Assembly (NCBI GenBank): GCA_964600385.1
Contig: CAZRJC010000006.1
Span: forward strand, 33,323 to 97,322
Length of the DNA stretch: 64,000 nucleotides
Direction: 5' to 3'
DNA from: an uncultured Muribaculaceae bacterium
GTDB lineage: Bacteria; Bacteroidota; Bacteroidia; Bacteroidales; UBA932
Below, piece by piece: positions 12,477 to 22,440 of this stretch (positions within the stretch are counted from its first letter, which is position 1; each line of letters opens with the position of its first letter). Position numbers and translations under genes: made by a program. Below the pieces are notes generated by a model that was not told the DNA's origin, made no database searches, and saw only the letters and a list, made by a program, of their open reading frames with translations.

Positions 12477-12508
12477 CAGAAAAGGCGTCTTTTCAGACGC
12501 CTTTTCTG
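12477..12508. terminator. Bidirectional intrinsic terminator between atpG and hpf
   Basis: Perfect 14-bp stem: cagaaaaggcgtct (12477..12490), loop tttc, agacgccttttctg (12495..12508). It sits between two convergent stop codons, with T/A-rich flanks on both sides. Confidence 0.8.
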
Positions 12509-12527
12509 TTATACTCCTGTTATACTC
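12506..12527. repeat. Perfect 11-nt tandem duplication (ctgttatactc x2) spanning the hpf stop codon
   Basis: 12506..12516 is identical to 12517..12527. The hpf TAA (12522..12520) lies in the second copy. The first copy overlaps the terminator stem. Confidence 0.9.
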
Positions 12528-12813
12528 CGCGCATTTTTTCTTTGGCTTTCTTCAGGTTCTCCTTGAGGACATCGACTCCGGTCAGAATGGCTTCTTCGAA
12601 AGTGGTACAATTCCTTTCCGCGATAAGTTCGCTTCCGGGTACTTTAACCCTGATAGTGGCTTTTTTGTTCTCCGGTCCCGGAACTAATGATAGAATCACT
12701 TCAATCCCAATAATGGCATCAAAGAATTTGTCAAGTTTGCCAACTTTCTCGTCAATAAAATCAAGCAATTTTTTGTCGGCATTAAATTTCACGGATTCCA
12801 CTCTAATGTCCAT
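12520..12813 (-). CDS. hpf: Ribosome hibernation promoting factor / RaiA family, short form
   Basis: 97 aa with the typical family pattern (MDIRVESVKF..LLDFIDEKVGKLDKFF...VKVPGSELIAE....FEEAI..VDVLKENLKK). Confidence 0.88.
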   Translation of the reverse strand: MDIRVESVKFNADKKLLDFIDEKVGKLDKFFDAIIGIEVILSLVPGPENKKATIRVKVPGSELIAERNCTTFEEAILTGVDVLKENLKKAKEKMRGV

Positions 12814-12819
12814 AATAAA

Positions 12820-12824
12820 CCTCC
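12820..12824 (-). promoter_or_regulatory. Shine-Dalgarno GGAGG of hpf
   Basis: Minus strand reads tGGAGGtttattATG: a GGAGG core, a 6-nt spacer, then the hpf ATG at 12813. Confidence 0.65.
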
Positions 12825-12858
12825 ATTTTTTATTAAATAATGCTATTTTGGGCCTTTG

Positions 12859-13722
12859 TCAGGCCCGGGGATGTGCTTTTTCGTATGTTTTTTTTAGGAT
12901 CTCAAATGAGTTGTGTGTATATACCTGCGTTGCTGCGAGGGAAGAATGGCCAAGCAATTCTTTTATACAGTTAAGATCTGCACCTCTGTTCAGCAGATGA
13001 GTCGCCAGTGAGTGACGTAACACATGGGGCGATTTCTTTCCTGTGAAACCCGGGGCGAGAGATAACTGGGAATGGACCATTTTGCTTATTGTTGTCAGTG
13101 GCAGAGGGCTCCCGTCCTTACGGCAAAAGAGCCACGGTGAATCCACCTTTCTTTCTTTGATATATGACTGCAAATCCCGGACCAGAGAAACGCTTAGAGG
13201 GATGTCCCGTTCTTTGTTCCCCTTGCCTGTCACGCGCAGGATATTACGTGAAGTGTCCAGATCTTTTAATGTAATGCCGGCCAGCTCGGCACGCCTTATT
13301 CCGGTTGAATACAATACATAAACCATCATGTCTGCCTGTGAACGGTTTTCCGTGTTCCTGTCCAGCCAGTCATTCAGGCAGGACTCGGTATAAAACTCGG
13401 GAAGCCGTTGTGCCTTCTTTGGTCGGATGAGCAGTTTAAGGGGATTGTCTTCCAGCCGTCCGGTCCTGACCAGGTAATTGCAGAATGAACTCAATGCCGA
13501 AAGCCGTTGATATACGGTAGCCGGTTTTAAGCCTTTCTCGAGAAGTGAGCCGGTGTAGGAGCGAAGTTCGGAAAGAGTGACCTGTTGCATGGGGCTTTCG
13601 GTTTCGGGCAGGTCAATATAGTTGTAAAAGTCAGAAATCGCCTGATTGTAAATCACGAGCGTGCGTGGAGAATAGCGTTTCTGAACTTTCAGGAATTCTA
13701 TGAATTTTTCCCGTTCCACCAT
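12859..13722 (-). CDS. Tyrosine recombinase, XerC/XerD family
   Basis: Catalytic residues are in context (..GIRRAEL.., HVLRHSLATHLL, LLGHSSLAATQVYTH). Start placed at ATG 13722 (MVEREKF..); the ORF-track start at 13728 is a TTG inside the promoter box. Confidence 0.88.
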   Translation of the reverse strand: MVEREKFIEFLKVQKRYSPRTLVIYNQAISDFYNYIDLPETESPMQQVTLSELRSYTGSLLEKGLKPATVYQRLSALSSFCNYLVRTGRLEDNPLKLLIRPKKAQRLPEFYTESCLNDWLDRNTENRSQADMMVYVLYSTGIRRAELAGITLKDLDTSRNILRVTGKGNKERDIPLSVSLVRDLQSYIKERKVDSPWLFCRKDGSPLPLTTISKMVHSQLSLAPGFTGKKSPHVLRHSLATHLLNRGADLNCIKELLGHSSLAATQVYTHNSFEILKKTYEKAHPRA

Positions 13723-13725
13723 ATG

Positions 13726-13733
13726 CAAATATA
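13726..13733 (-). promoter_or_regulatory. -7 promoter box TAtaTTTG immediately upstream of the recombinase ATG
   Basis: Plus strand caaatata is TATATTTG on the minus strand. Only 3 nt separate the box from ATG 13722, and it lies directly downstream of the rpsU terminator. Confidence 0.45.
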
Positions 13734-13760
13734 AAAAAAAACGAGGATTATTCCTCGTTT
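13732..13760 (-). terminator. Intrinsic terminator of rpsU
   Basis: Minus strand reads AAACGAGGA-AUAA-UCCUCGUUU followed by a further run of U residues (poly-A on the plus strand, 13732..13738). The stem is 13739..13747 paired with 13752..13760. The rpsU stop codon (13750..13748) lies in the loop. Confidence 0.85.
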
Positions 13761-13939
13761 ATTTGCATATGTTGTTTATATATGGCTTTCTTTTTTTGAT
13801 CTCTCTTTTTGACAGAAGGTTTATCAAAAGTCTGGCGGCTGCGGAGTTCACGAACGATCCCGGTTTTCTCGAATTTACGTTTAAATTTCTTTAAAGCGCG
13901 TTCAATGTTTTCGCCTTCTTTTATTGGTACAATAATCAT
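13748..13939 (-). CDS. rpsU: 30S ribosomal protein bS21
   Basis: MIIVPIKEGENIERALKKFKRKFEKTGIVRELRSRQ.. is the S21 signature. Start placed at ATG 13939; the ORF-track GTG at 13951 lies inside the SD sequence. Confidence 0.93.
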   Translation of the reverse strand: MIIVPIKEGENIERALKKFKRKFEKTGIVRELRSRQTFDKPSVKKRDQKKKAIYKQHMQINEE

Positions 13940-13948
13940 ATATACAGA

Positions 13949-13957
13949 CACCTCCTT
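13949..13957 (-). promoter_or_regulatory. Extended Shine-Dalgarno AAGGAGGTG of rpsU
   Basis: Plus strand cacctcctt is AAGGAGGTG on the minus strand, 9 nt upstream of ATG 13939. Confidence 0.7.
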
Positions 13958-13970
13958 TTGTTACGGGGTG

Positions 13971-13978
13971 CAAAAGTA
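13971..13978 (-). promoter_or_regulatory. -7 promoter box TActTTTG for rpsU
   Basis: Plus strand caaaagta is TACTTTTG on the minus strand. The box ends 32 nt upstream of the rpsU ATG and upstream of the SD. Confidence 0.5.
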
Positions 13979-14010
13979 GATAAAAAAATGGTAAATCAAA
14001 GCTTAAAGCC

Positions 14011-14018
14011 TATATTTG
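14011..14018 (+). promoter_or_regulatory. -7 promoter box TAtaTTTG for hutU
   Basis: tatatttg ends 31 nt upstream of ATG 14049. Confidence 0.5.
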
Positions 14019-14048
14019 TGGGCAAATTTTTGAAAATATCAGAAATAT

Positions 14049-16025
14049 ATGCATATAGAAGCCATTCCACAGCTAATCCCCGGTGCACGGCCATTCGATC
14101 ACGGGATCAGTCATGCGCCCAAAAGAAAAGATATTCTTACCATAGAAGAAAAGAAACTTGCCCTGGCCAATGCGCTCCGTTATTTTCCAAAGGAGCAACA
14201 TCCTGTCCTTGCGCCTGAATTTGCTGAAGAATTAAAAAAATACGGTCGTATTTATATGTACCGGTACAGACCTGAGGAAAATCTTTCTGCCGGGAGCATA
14301 GACAAGTATCCTGCCCGCTGTGTGGAAGCCGCGGCTATTATGCTCATGATCAACAACAACCTGGACGTTGCGGTAGCTCAACATCCCCACGAACTTATCA
14401 CCTACGGGGGAAACGGGGCTGTTTTTCAGAACTGGGCGCAATACAGGCTTTGCATGCAATACCTTTCAGAAATGACCGACGAGCAAACGCTTGTAATGTA
14501 TTCCGGTCATCCCCTGGGCCTTTTTCCTTCTTCCGGACAGGCTCCCAGGCTGATCATCACCAACGGCATGGTTATCCCCAATTATTCGTCTCCGGACCAT
14601 TGGGAAAAATTCAACGCCATGGGTGTGTCGCAGTATGGTCAGATGACGGCAGGCTCGTTCATGTATATAGGTCCTCAGGGAATAGTCCACGGCACCACAA
14701 TTACTGTTTTGAATGCTGCCCGCATGCACGGGGCCCCAGGAACCAAGGGGAAACTCTTTGTCTCAAGCGGTCTGGGAGGCATGTCCGGTGCCCAGCCCAA
14801 AGCAGCCCGGATTGCCGGTGTTGTGGGTGTGATTGCCGAGATCAATCCGAAAGCTACCCGCAAACGTTACGAACAGGGCTGGGTGGATGAAGTATTTGAA
14901 GATCTTGAACTGTTAATGGAACGTATCAAGAGAGCTAAGAATAACGGAGAGGCGGTTTCGCTGGCCTATTCCGGAAACGTTGTGGATCTATGGGAGAAAC
15001 TGGCCGAAAGCGATATCACAGTGGATCTTGGCTCGGACCAGACCAGTTTGCACAATCCCTGGGCTGGAGGCTATTACCCGACAGGGATTTCTTTTGAAGA
15101 ATCCAACCGTATGATGACGGAGAATCCCGGGGCTTTTAAAGCGGCTGTTCAGGAAAGTTTGCGCCGGCAGGTAAGTGCCATAAATAAACTTACTTCCCGG
15201 GGAATGTATTTTTTTGACTACGGAAATGCCTTTTTGCTGGAAGCTTCAAGAGCCGGGGCAGATCTTATGAAACAAGACGGCACGTTCCGTTACCCTTCTT
15301 ATGTACAGGATATTATGGGCCCGCTGTATTTCGATTACGGCTTTGGCCCTTACCGCTGGGTATGTACTTCGTCGCTGCCTGAAGATTTGACCGAAACGGA
15401 TCGCATTGCAGCCGGGGTGCTCGAAGAACTGTTGAAAGAGGCACCAACTGAAATCCAGGATCAGTTAAAAGATAACATACACTGGATAAAGGAAGCAGGT
15501 AAGAACAACCTTGTTGTGGGTTCGCAGGCCCGGATTCTTTATGCCGATGCGCAGGGCCGGATTGAGATTGCTCTGAGAATGAATGAAGCCATACGGGAAG
15601 GCCGGATAAAAGCACCTATCGTGCTTGGACGCGACCACCACGATGTCTCGGGTACCGACTCGCCCTACAGGGAAACATCCAATATTTATGACGGATCTTC
15701 TTTTACGGCAGACATGGCCGTACAGAATGTCATTGGCGACGCCTTCAGAGGAGCAACCTGGGTTTCGCTGCACAACGGCGGCGGCGTGGGCTGGGGCGAG
15801 GTGATAAACGGTGGCTTTGGAATGGTCATTGATGGTAGCCCCGAGGCCGATAAACGGATACGGAACATGCTTTTCTGGGATGTGAACAATGGCATAGCAC
15901 GACGTGCCTGGGCCAGGAATTCCGGGGCGCTGACAGCCATTAAAAGGGCTATGGAAGCACAACCTTTGCTGAAAGTAACTGTGCCCTCGATTGCAGACAG
16001 TCAGGTGCTTGATTGTATAGAATAA
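14049..16025 (+). CDS. hutU: Urocanate hydratase
   Basis: 658 aa with long urocanase blocks (ITYGGNGAVFQNWAQY, SSGLGGMSGAQPKA, GRDHHDVSGTDSPYRETSN, SLHNGGGVGWGEV). Confidence 0.93.
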   Translation: MHIEAIPQLIPGARPFDHGISHAPKRKDILTIEEKKLALANALRYFPKEQHPVLAPEFAEELKKYGRIYMYRYRPEENLSAGSIDKYPARCVEAAAIMLMINNNLDVAVAQHPHELITYGGNGAVFQNWAQYRLCMQYLSEMTDEQTLVMYSGHPLGLFPSSGQAPRLIITNGMVIPNYSSPDHWEKFNAMGVSQYGQMTAGSFMYIGPQGIVHGTTITVLNAARMHGAPGTKGKLFVSSGLGGMSGAQPKAARIAGVVGVIAEINPKATRKRYEQGWVDEVFEDLELLMERIKRAKNNGEAVSLAYSGNVVDLWEKLAESDITVDLGSDQTSLHNPWAGGYYPTGISFEESNRMMTENPGAFKAAVQESLRRQVSAINKLTSRGMYFFDYGNAFLLEASRAGADLMKQDGTFRYPSYVQDIMGPLYFDYGFGPYRWVCTSSLPEDLTETDRIAAGVLEELLKEAPTEIQDQLKDNIHWIKEAGKNNLVVGSQARILYADAQGRIEIALRMNEAIREGRIKAPIVLGRDHHDVSGTDSPYRETSNIYDGSSFTADMAVQNVIGDAFRGATWVSLHNGGGVGWGEVINGGFGMVIDGSPEADKRIRNMLFWDVNNGIARRAWARNSGALTAIKRAMEAQPLLKVTVPSIADSQVLDCIE

Positions 16026-16044
16026 TCTTTACCACAAATATATT

Positions 16045-17853
16045 ATGACAGAGAAATTGTTTACCGAATTTCCTCCTGTTTCTACTCAAGAGTGGGAAAC
16101 CCAGATTAACCGGGACCTGAAAGGTGCCGATTATGAGAAGAAACTGGTATGGAAAACACTTGAAGGCTTTTCCGTTCGGCCCTATTACAGAATGGAAGAC
16201 CTGAAAGATCTTCCCTATTTGAACACACTACCCGGTGAGTTTCCTTTCTTAAGGGGGACAAGAACCGTAAATGACTGGTTAATCCACCAAACGTTCCATG
16301 CAACGGGACGTTATGCTCAGGCTAATCAGGAAGCCCTTTCCGCCCTTGACCGCGGTCTGGAATCCGTCGGATTCCGGTTCAATGAAGATTGCACTGTTTC
16401 TTATGATGACATAAAGGTTTTACTTAATGGTATTTACCTTCCTGCTGTTGAGATCTCTTTTGAACATTGCGGTGCTTCACGTACCGATATTCTGGATGCC
16501 TTCCTTAAATACGCGGAGGATAATAAGATAGATCCCGGACAAGTAAAAGCCCGCTTTGATTTTGATCCCCTTGGACGCCCTGTGGCTGGAAATACGTCTT
16601 TGGAAGACAATCTGTCCCTGTTGGCAGCATGCATAAAGAAAGTAGAAAAATACCCTCTGGTGCGCATAATCTCTGTTTCCGGATATGCCATTCATGAAAA
16701 GGGGTCGGGCATTGTGCAGGAGCTGGCTTTTTCTCTGGCCCTTGCCAGAGAGTACTTGCAGCGTTTATCGGCAAAAGGGGTGGATCCTTCAGTGACTGCC
16801 GCTGCCATTCAGTTCAATTTTGCAGTGGGCTCCAACTATTTTATGGAAATAGCCAAATTCCGTGCAGGACGCATGTTTTGGGCATTACAGCTCAAGGAAA
16901 TGGGGGTAGCCTGTCCCGATGCTTGCCGGATGCGTGTACATGCAGTCACCAGTCCGTGGAACCAAACGATATATGATATGTATGTCAACCTGTTGCGCGG
17001 AACTACCCAGGCAATGTCTGCAGCCATAGCCGGAGTGGATTCACTCGAAGTCCTTCCATTTGACAGGGCTCTCGGTGAATCCGATCAGTTCAGCCGGCGT
17101 CTTGCCAGGAACATTCAGATCATTCTTAAAGAAGAAGCACATTTCAATAAAGTGGCAGATCCCGCTGCCGGTTCATACTATGTAGAGAATCTGACGGCGT
17201 TGATTTATGGAGCAGCAAAGGAATTGTTCTCCCAGACCCTTGAAAGGGGCGGATACACCATCACCTGCCAATCGGGATGGATATCGTCGCTTGTTGAAGA
17301 AACGGCCGCTCTGCGCATGCGTAACATAGCTACAAGAAAGGAGATATTGTTAGGAGTAAACCAGTATCCGGACTTTACAGGGAAGGCACCCGACGGGCTT
17401 TCCATGGAAATACTGGAGAAAACGGCACGCGGTGCTTCCGCTTTTGAAAAAATGAGGTTCAGGACCGAGCTTTCAGGATTGAATCCGAAAGCCTTTATGC
17501 TCACTTTCGGGAACCTGGCCATGTGCCGGGCTAGGGCACAGTTTGCCTCTAATTTCTTTGCTGTGGCCGGAATTGAGACCATAGACAATAATAAGTTTGC
17601 TTCCATTGAAGAAGGAGTCCGGGCTGCCTTGGCATCGGGGGCTCAGATAGTGGTTGCCTGCTCTTCGGACGAGGAATATGCCCTGGCAGTTCCTCAGATT
17701 GCAGAAGGGCTCGGAAACAAGGCTATATTGGTGGTCGCGGGAGAACCTGCCTGCAAGGAAGAACTCACAGCCAAAGGAATTACCCATTTCATAAGTGTCA
17801 GGAGCAATGTTCTTGAAACGCTTTCACAATACCAACAAGAATTAGGAATATGA
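16045..17853 (+). CDS. mutA: Methylmalonyl-CoA mutase small (beta) subunit
   Basis: 602 aa; mutase-like barrel region (FPFLRGT.., [10 protein letters not shown]) plus a C-terminal flavodoxin-like domain. ATGA overlap with the large-subunit gene. Confidence 0.85.
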   Translation: MTEKLFTEFPPVSTQEWETQINRDLKGADYEKKLVWKTLEGFSVRPYYRMEDLKDLPYLNTLPGEFPFLRGTRTVNDWLIHQTFHATGRYAQANQEALSALDRGLESVGFRFNEDCTVSYDDIKVLLNGIYLPAVEISFEHCGASRTDILDAFLKYAEDNKIDPGQVKARFDFDPLGRPVAGNTSLEDNLSLLAACIKKVEKYPLVRIISVSGYAIHEKGSGIVQELAFSLALAREYLQRLSAKGVDPSVTAAAIQFNFAVGSNYFMEIAKFRAGRMFWALQLKEMGVACPDACRMRVHAVTSPWNQTIYDMYVNLLRGTTQAMSAAIAGVDSLEVLPFDRALGESDQFSRRLARNIQIILKEEAHFNKVADPAAGSYYVENLTALIYGAAKELFSQTLERGGYTITCQSGWISSLVEETAALRMRNIATRKEILLGVNQYPDFTGKAPDGLSMEILEKTARGASAFEKMRFRTELSGLNPKAFMLTFGNLAMCRARAQFASNFFAVAGIETIDNNKFASIEEGVRAALASGAQIVVACSSDEEYALAVPQIAEGLGNKAILVVAGEPACKEELTAKGITHFISVRSNVLETLSQYQQELGI

Positions 17854-19886
17854 AAACATATTATACAGCCGCCGATTTGTCAAATATGGAGCATCTGGAA
17901 TATGCGGCGGGTATTCCTCCTTTCCTGAGAGGCCCCTACAGCACAATGTACGTACAGAAACCCTGGACCATCCGTCAGTATGCCGGATTCTCCACGGCGG
18001 AAGAATCGAACGCGTTTTACCGCAGGAACCTGGCAGCCGGACAGAAAGGACTGTCTGTTGCCTTTGACCTGGCGACCCATCGCGGATACGATGCAGACCA
18101 TCCCCGTGTTGTAGGCGACGTGGGGAAAGCCGGTGTAAGCATTTGCTCTGTGGAAGACATGAAAGTGTTGTTCGACCAGATTCCCCTGAACAAAATGTCC
18201 GTTTCCATGACCATGAACGGAGCCGTATTGCCTGTCCTGGCCTTCTATATTGTTGCCGGACTCGAGCAGGGAGCTACGTTGGAAGAACTGACAGGAACCA
18301 TACAGAATGATATCCTTAAAGAATTCATGGTGCGGAACACCTATATCTATCCGCCGGAATTTTCCATGCGTATCATAGGTGATATTTTCTCCTATACCGC
18401 CCGTAACATGCCAAAATTCAACTCTATTTCCATATCGGGCTATCATATGCAGGAAGCCGGAGCAACGAGTGAAATTGAAATGGCATATACTTTGGCAGAT
18501 GGTCTGGAGTATCTCAGAACCGGAGTGAATGCCGGAATGAGCGTAGATGATTTTGCTCCCAGGTTGTCGTTCTTCTGGGCCATAGGCATGGACCACTTTA
18601 AGGAAATTGCCAAAATGCGGGCAGCCCGCATGATATGGGCCAAACTGGTCAACGGATTCAATCCTAAAAATCCAAAATCACTTTCGCTGAGGACGCACTG
18701 CCAGACATCGGGCTGGTCGCTTACCGAACAGGATCCTTTCAATAACGTATCCAGGACCTGTATAGAAGCCATGGCGGCAGCATTGGGCCATACTCAGAGC
18801 CTGCACACCAACGCACTGGACGAGGCCATTGCCTTGCCCACCGACTTCTCGGCACGCATAGCCCGGAACACCCAAATATATATCCAGGAAGAGACACAGG
18901 TCTGCCGGGGTATAGATCCCTGGGCAGGTTCCTATTATGTAGAAAACCTTACCAACGAAATGGCTCACAAAGCCTGGGAACTTATCCGGGAAGTGGAAGG
19001 CCTGGGCGGCATGGCCAAGGCTATTGAAACAGGTATTCCCAAACTCAGGATAGAAGAAGCCGCTGCCCGTACACAGGCACGGATAGACTCGGGAGCCGAA
19101 ACCGTGGTTGGAGTGAATAAGTACCGTTTGGATAAAGAAGATCCCATTGAAATACTAGACGTCGACAACACCAAGGTACGCCTGTCTCAGGTGGCTCGCC
19201 TGCAGGAACTCAGGGCTAACCGCAACCAACAAAAAGTGGAAGAGTGTCTTAATGCCATTACCCACGCAGTACAGACAGGAACGGGAAATCTGCTGGCTCT
19301 TGCCATAGAAGCCGCAAAGCACCGTGCCACACTGGGCGAGATATCGGATGCCTGCGAAAAAGTTGTTGGACGTTATAAAGCAGTAATACGTATGAACACA
19401 GGAGTATACTCATCTGAGGTGAAGGAAGATTCCGATTTCAACAAAGCCAGGGCAATGGCTGCGGAATTTGCTTCAAGAGAAGGTCGCCAGCCTCGTATAA
19501 TGGTTGCAAAACTCGGGCAGGACGGACATGACCGCGGAGCCAAGGTTGTGGCAACCGGATATGCCGATATTGGCTTTGACGTTGATATGGGGCCCTTGTT
19601 CCAGACCCCCGAAGAAGCTGCTAAACAGGCGGTAGAGAACGACGTGCACATAATAGGCGTGTCCTCTCTTGCAGCGGGCCACAAAACCCTTGTGCCGCAA
19701 GTGGTGGATGCCCTTAAAAAGCTGGGAAGAGAAGATATTCTGGTGATTGTGGGAGGCGTTATACCTGCCCAGGATTATCAGGCACTTTATGATGCAGGAG
19801 CAGTGGCCGTTTTCGGTCCGGGGACTCCCGTCGCATTATGTGCCATTAAGATGCTGGAGCTTCTGGCTGCACAATCAGCCAAGTAA
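17850..19886 (+). CDS. mutB: Methylmalonyl-CoA mutase large (alpha) subunit
   Basis: 678 aa; [44 protein letters not shown], and a C-terminal B12-binding domain with [12 protein letters not shown] (DxHxxG). Confidence 0.95.
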   Translation: MKTYYTAADLSNMEHLEYAAGIPPFLRGPYSTMYVQKPWTIRQYAGFSTAEESNAFYRRNLAAGQKGLSVAFDLATHRGYDADHPRVVGDVGKAGVSICSVEDMKVLFDQIPLNKMSVSMTMNGAVLPVLAFYIVAGLEQGATLEELTGTIQNDILKEFMVRNTYIYPPEFSMRIIGDIFSYTARNMPKFNSISISGYHMQEAGATSEIEMAYTLADGLEYLRTGVNAGMSVDDFAPRLSFFWAIGMDHFKEIAKMRAARMIWAKLVNGFNPKNPKSLSLRTHCQTSGWSLTEQDPFNNVSRTCIEAMAAALGHTQSLHTNALDEAIALPTDFSARIARNTQIYIQEETQVCRGIDPWAGSYYVENLTNEMAHKAWELIREVEGLGGMAKAIETGIPKLRIEEAAARTQARIDSGAETVVGVNKYRLDKEDPIEILDVDNTKVRLSQVARLQELRANRNQQKVEECLNAITHAVQTGTGNLLALAIEAAKHRATLGEISDACEKVVGRYKAVIRMNTGVYSSEVKEDSDFNKARAMAAEFASREGRQPRIMVAKLGQDGHDRGAKVVATGYADIGFDVDMGPLFQTPEEAAKQAVENDVHIIGVSSLAAGHKTLVPQVVDALKKLGREDILVIVGGVIPAQDYQALYDAGAVAVFGPGTPVALCAIKMLELLAAQSAK

Positions 19887-20891
19887 CAGCGATATGAATG
19901 CATCGGGAGCAATATTCCCGAAGTAGGAATCAAGCCTGAATCCCGACAATTTTTCGGTAATGGCTTCTAAAGAGTGGGGGCATCCTGTAAGGGCGGCCTC
20001 CACTTCCTGTGTTGGGGCCATTGAAAAATAGTCTCCGTAAATGCGGGCCAATGTGATGATTCCCTTATCGACATTTAGGTTCACTTCTATATTGCCCCCG
20101 GGAAAACGGGCTTTCCGGACGTAGTTATATGCAGGGGACTTTCCGTAGTTCCATTCATAAGTACGGTATTTTTCCCGGCAAAGCGTATCTATTGCCTCCA
20201 GTTCACGCATGTTATAGGGAGTGGACTTGTATTCTTTATTATCCTGCCCGGTTATGAAATGCCTGAGTCTGTCCAGAAAAGTTTCGATGGGGAGTGGCTC
20301 GGACAGGTATTCAGAAATATTGCAGACGGTTCTCGGCCGGCTTGCTACCGCTCTTCCTTCAATGACTGCGTCTTCCCGTGGTTTTTCTTCCCTTTCTTTT
20401 GCTCTGAGGGCTTGCCCGATATCTGTCACCGAGGCGTTATACAATAAAGTGCCGTGCATCAGGATACGGTTTTTGTATATGGCAATTGCATTGCCGGAAA
20501 ACTTGCGTCCCCCGATCACAAGATCGTTACGTCCTTCCAGACAGGCATTGATTCCCAGAGTAGCAAGAAAATCGAGAACGGGCCTGGTAAAGAAAGCGAA
20601 AAGGGCAGAGGTGTCGGTGCCTGGCGGACAATCATCAACAAATGTGAAATTAATGTTTCCCAGGTCATGAAACACGGCTCCGCCTCCGCTGAGTCTCCTG
20701 ATTACCGGTATATGATGCGCTGTTACGTAACCGGCGTTGATCTCGGCCAGTGTGTTTTGATTCCGGCCAACAATAATGGCCGGTGAATTTCTCCACAAAC
20801 GGAATACGGGCTGAGCGGTCTGCGTAAGCAGAAATTCTTCCACGGCAAGGTTCCAGTAAGGATCAAGGGTAGAGTCTATGAGGCAGCGCAT
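19875..20891 (-). CDS. lplA: Lipoate-protein ligase A
   Basis: LplA blocks ([35 protein letters not shown]). Start moved to ATG 20891 (MRCLIDS..). The 3' end overlaps the mutB stop by 12 nt (convergent). Confidence 0.88.
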   Translation of the reverse strand: MRCLIDSTLDPYWNLAVEEFLLTQTAQPVFRLWRNSPAIIVGRNQNTLAEINAGYVTAHHIPVIRRLSGGGAVFHDLGNINFTFVDDCPPGTDTSALFAFFTRPVLDFLATLGINACLEGRNDLVIGGRKFSGNAIAIYKNRILMHGTLLYNASVTDIGQALRAKEREEKPREDAVIEGRAVASRPRTVCNISEYLSEPLPIETFLDRLRHFITGQDNKEYKSTPYNMRELEAIDTLCREKYRTYEWNYGKSPAYNYVRKARFPGGNIEVNLNVDKGIITLARIYGDYFSMAPTQEVEAALTGCPHSLEAITEKLSGFRLDSYFGNIAPDAFISLLLG

Positions 20892-21469
20892 GTTCGCGAA
20901 GATAAAAATCGTGTGATAATCTTTTTGTATAACAGGTAAACAAGCCAGCCGACCACTGCTCCCAGCAGCATACCGCAAATTACATCGAGCGGGAAGTGTT
21001 TACCGACATAAATCCTGCTGTAGGATACAAGAATGGCCCAGCAACATATAAGTATGGAATACCAGCGTTTCCTGAAAATAAGACTGGTGAAGCAGGCCAG
21101 CCCGAATGTATTGGCTGCATGGGAAGAAACAAACGAATACAGCCCTCCTTTGCTTTCCAGTAACCGGATGGTGCCTTCCCATTCGGGAATATGTGAAGGG
21201 CGCAGTCTCTGAACGGTGTCCTTGATAATATTCGATGAAATCTGGTCGGTAAGGAGAAAGGTGAGCAGTAATCCGCTCAGGGCCACCAGGCCCGGTCTCC
21301 AGTCTTTCTTATAGAAAAAGCCTATGGCAATCAATACGTACAGAGGAATCCAGACGGGTATGTTGGAAAACAATTTCATCACCGGATCCAGTGCATTGCA
21401 GTGTGCCCCGTTGAGTATGAAAAACAATTTTTCGTCCAGACTGACTATTGAGTCCACAAGGCGTTCCAT
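20876..21469 (-). CDS. PAP2-family membrane phosphatase
   Basis: 197 aa, multi-TM, with the three PAP2 motifs [12 protein letters not shown] (FVSSHAAN) and [12 protein letters not shown]. Confidence 0.85.
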   Translation of the reverse strand: MERLVDSIVSLDEKLFFILNGAHCNALDPVMKLFSNIPVWIPLYVLIAIGFFYKKDWRPGLVALSGLLLTFLLTDQISSNIIKDTVQRLRPSHIPEWEGTIRLLESKGGLYSFVSSHAANTFGLACFTSLIFRKRWYSILICCWAILVSYSRIYVGKHFPLDVICGMLLGAVVGWLVYLLYKKIITRFLSSRTCAAS

Positions 21470-22440
21470 AGCAGGTCTTTGAGTTCAGGAATTCCTCTTC
21501 CGGTAACTGACGAGATAAGGATAACGGGAAGTGTACGGGGAAAATGGCGCCTGAGTGACTTTTCGCTCTGACCGTCCAGCAGGTCGGCTTTGGTTACGGC
21601 AAGGATACGCTGCTTGTCAAGCAATTCGTTCTTATATAGTTTCAGTTCTTTGAGCAGCACCTTGTATTCGGCTGCAATGTCGGGACTGTCTGAGGGGACC
21701 ATGAACAGGAGAACCGAATTTCGCTCAATGTGCTTCAGGAATCTCAGACCAAGGCCTTTTCCCTCGTGTGCACCTTCAATAATACCTGGGATGTCCGCCA
21801 TCACGAACGATTTATCGTCGTGGCAGGCCACTATGCCCAGTTGAGGTACCAGTGTGGTGAAAGGATAATCGGCTATTTTGGGTCTGGCGGCAGACACGCT
21901 GGAAAGCAAAGTGGATTTGCCTGCATTCGGAAAGCCCACCAGACCTACATCGGCAAGAAGTTTCAGTTCCAGAACAAACCAGCCTTCCGTTCCCGCTTCG
22001 CCCGGCTGGGCATAACGCGGTGTCTGGTTTGTGGGCGATTTGAAATGGTTATTCCCGAGTCCTCCTCTTCCGCCCGGGCACAGAATGAATTCCTGTCCGG
22101 GCTGGGTCAGTTCGCACAGGATGGATTCGTCTTCTGCATTTTTAACAATGGTTCCCAGGGGAACATTCAGATACACGTCCTTTCCATTGGAGCCGTGAGT
22201 GAGATTACCTCCGCCCTTTTCACCGTGCTCGGCCCGTACGTGCTTTTTGTATTTCAGATGTATGAGAGTCCAATACTGGGGGTCGGTTCGCAGGATCACA
22301 TGACCGCCTCGTCCGCCATCGCCTCCGTCCGGACCGCCTTTGGGAACGTACTTGGCCCTCATCAGATGCATGGCACCGGCGCCGCCGTTACCGGATGCGC
22401 AGAAAATTTTTACATAATCTACAAAATTGGATTCAGACAT
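21445..22440 (-). CDS. obg: GTPase Obg/CgtA
   Basis: 331 aa; Gly-rich Obg fold ([12 protein letters not shown]) and a G domain ([19 protein letters not shown]-like TKADL). Confidence 0.93.
   Translation of the reverse strand: MSESNFVDYVKIFCASGNGGAGAMHLMRAKYVPKGGPDGGDGGRGGHVILRTDPQYWTLIHLKYKKHVRAEHGEKGGGNLTHGSNGKDVYLNVPLGTIVKNAEDESILCELTQPGQEFILCPGGRGGLGNNHFKSPTNQTPRYAQPGEAGTEGWFVLELKLLADVGLVGFPNAGKSTLLSSVSAARPKIADYPFTTLVPQLGIVACHDDKSFVMADIPGIIEGAHEGKGLGLRFLKHIERNSVLLFMVPSDSPDIAAEYKVLLKELKLYKNELLDKQRILAVTKADLLDGQSEKSLRRHFPRTLPVILISSVTGRGIPELKDLLWNALWTQ

Noticed and set aside
12850-12866. Short GC hairpin gggcc-tttgtca-ggccc around the recombinase stop codon, considered as a terminator.
   Set aside because: The stem is only 5 bp. 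On the transcribed (minus) strand it is followed by AAAAUAGC rather than a U tract. hpf, 46 nt downstream, has no promoter box of its own, so read-through and co-transcription are more likely.
12859-13722. Tyrosine recombinase considered as the integrase of a mobile element.
   Set aside because: It has no flanking direct or inverted repeats, no cargo genes and no tRNA target. It is embedded between rpsU and hpf in an arrangement I recall as conserved housekeeping synteny in Bacteroidota, so a chromosomal Xer-type recombinase is the simpler reading.
14450-14890. 146-aa Cys/Arg-rich alternate-frame ORF inside hutU.
   Set aside because: It is nested in frame +2 of a highly conserved urocanase gene. 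Its composition reflects GC-rich codon positions, and it has no independent start signals.
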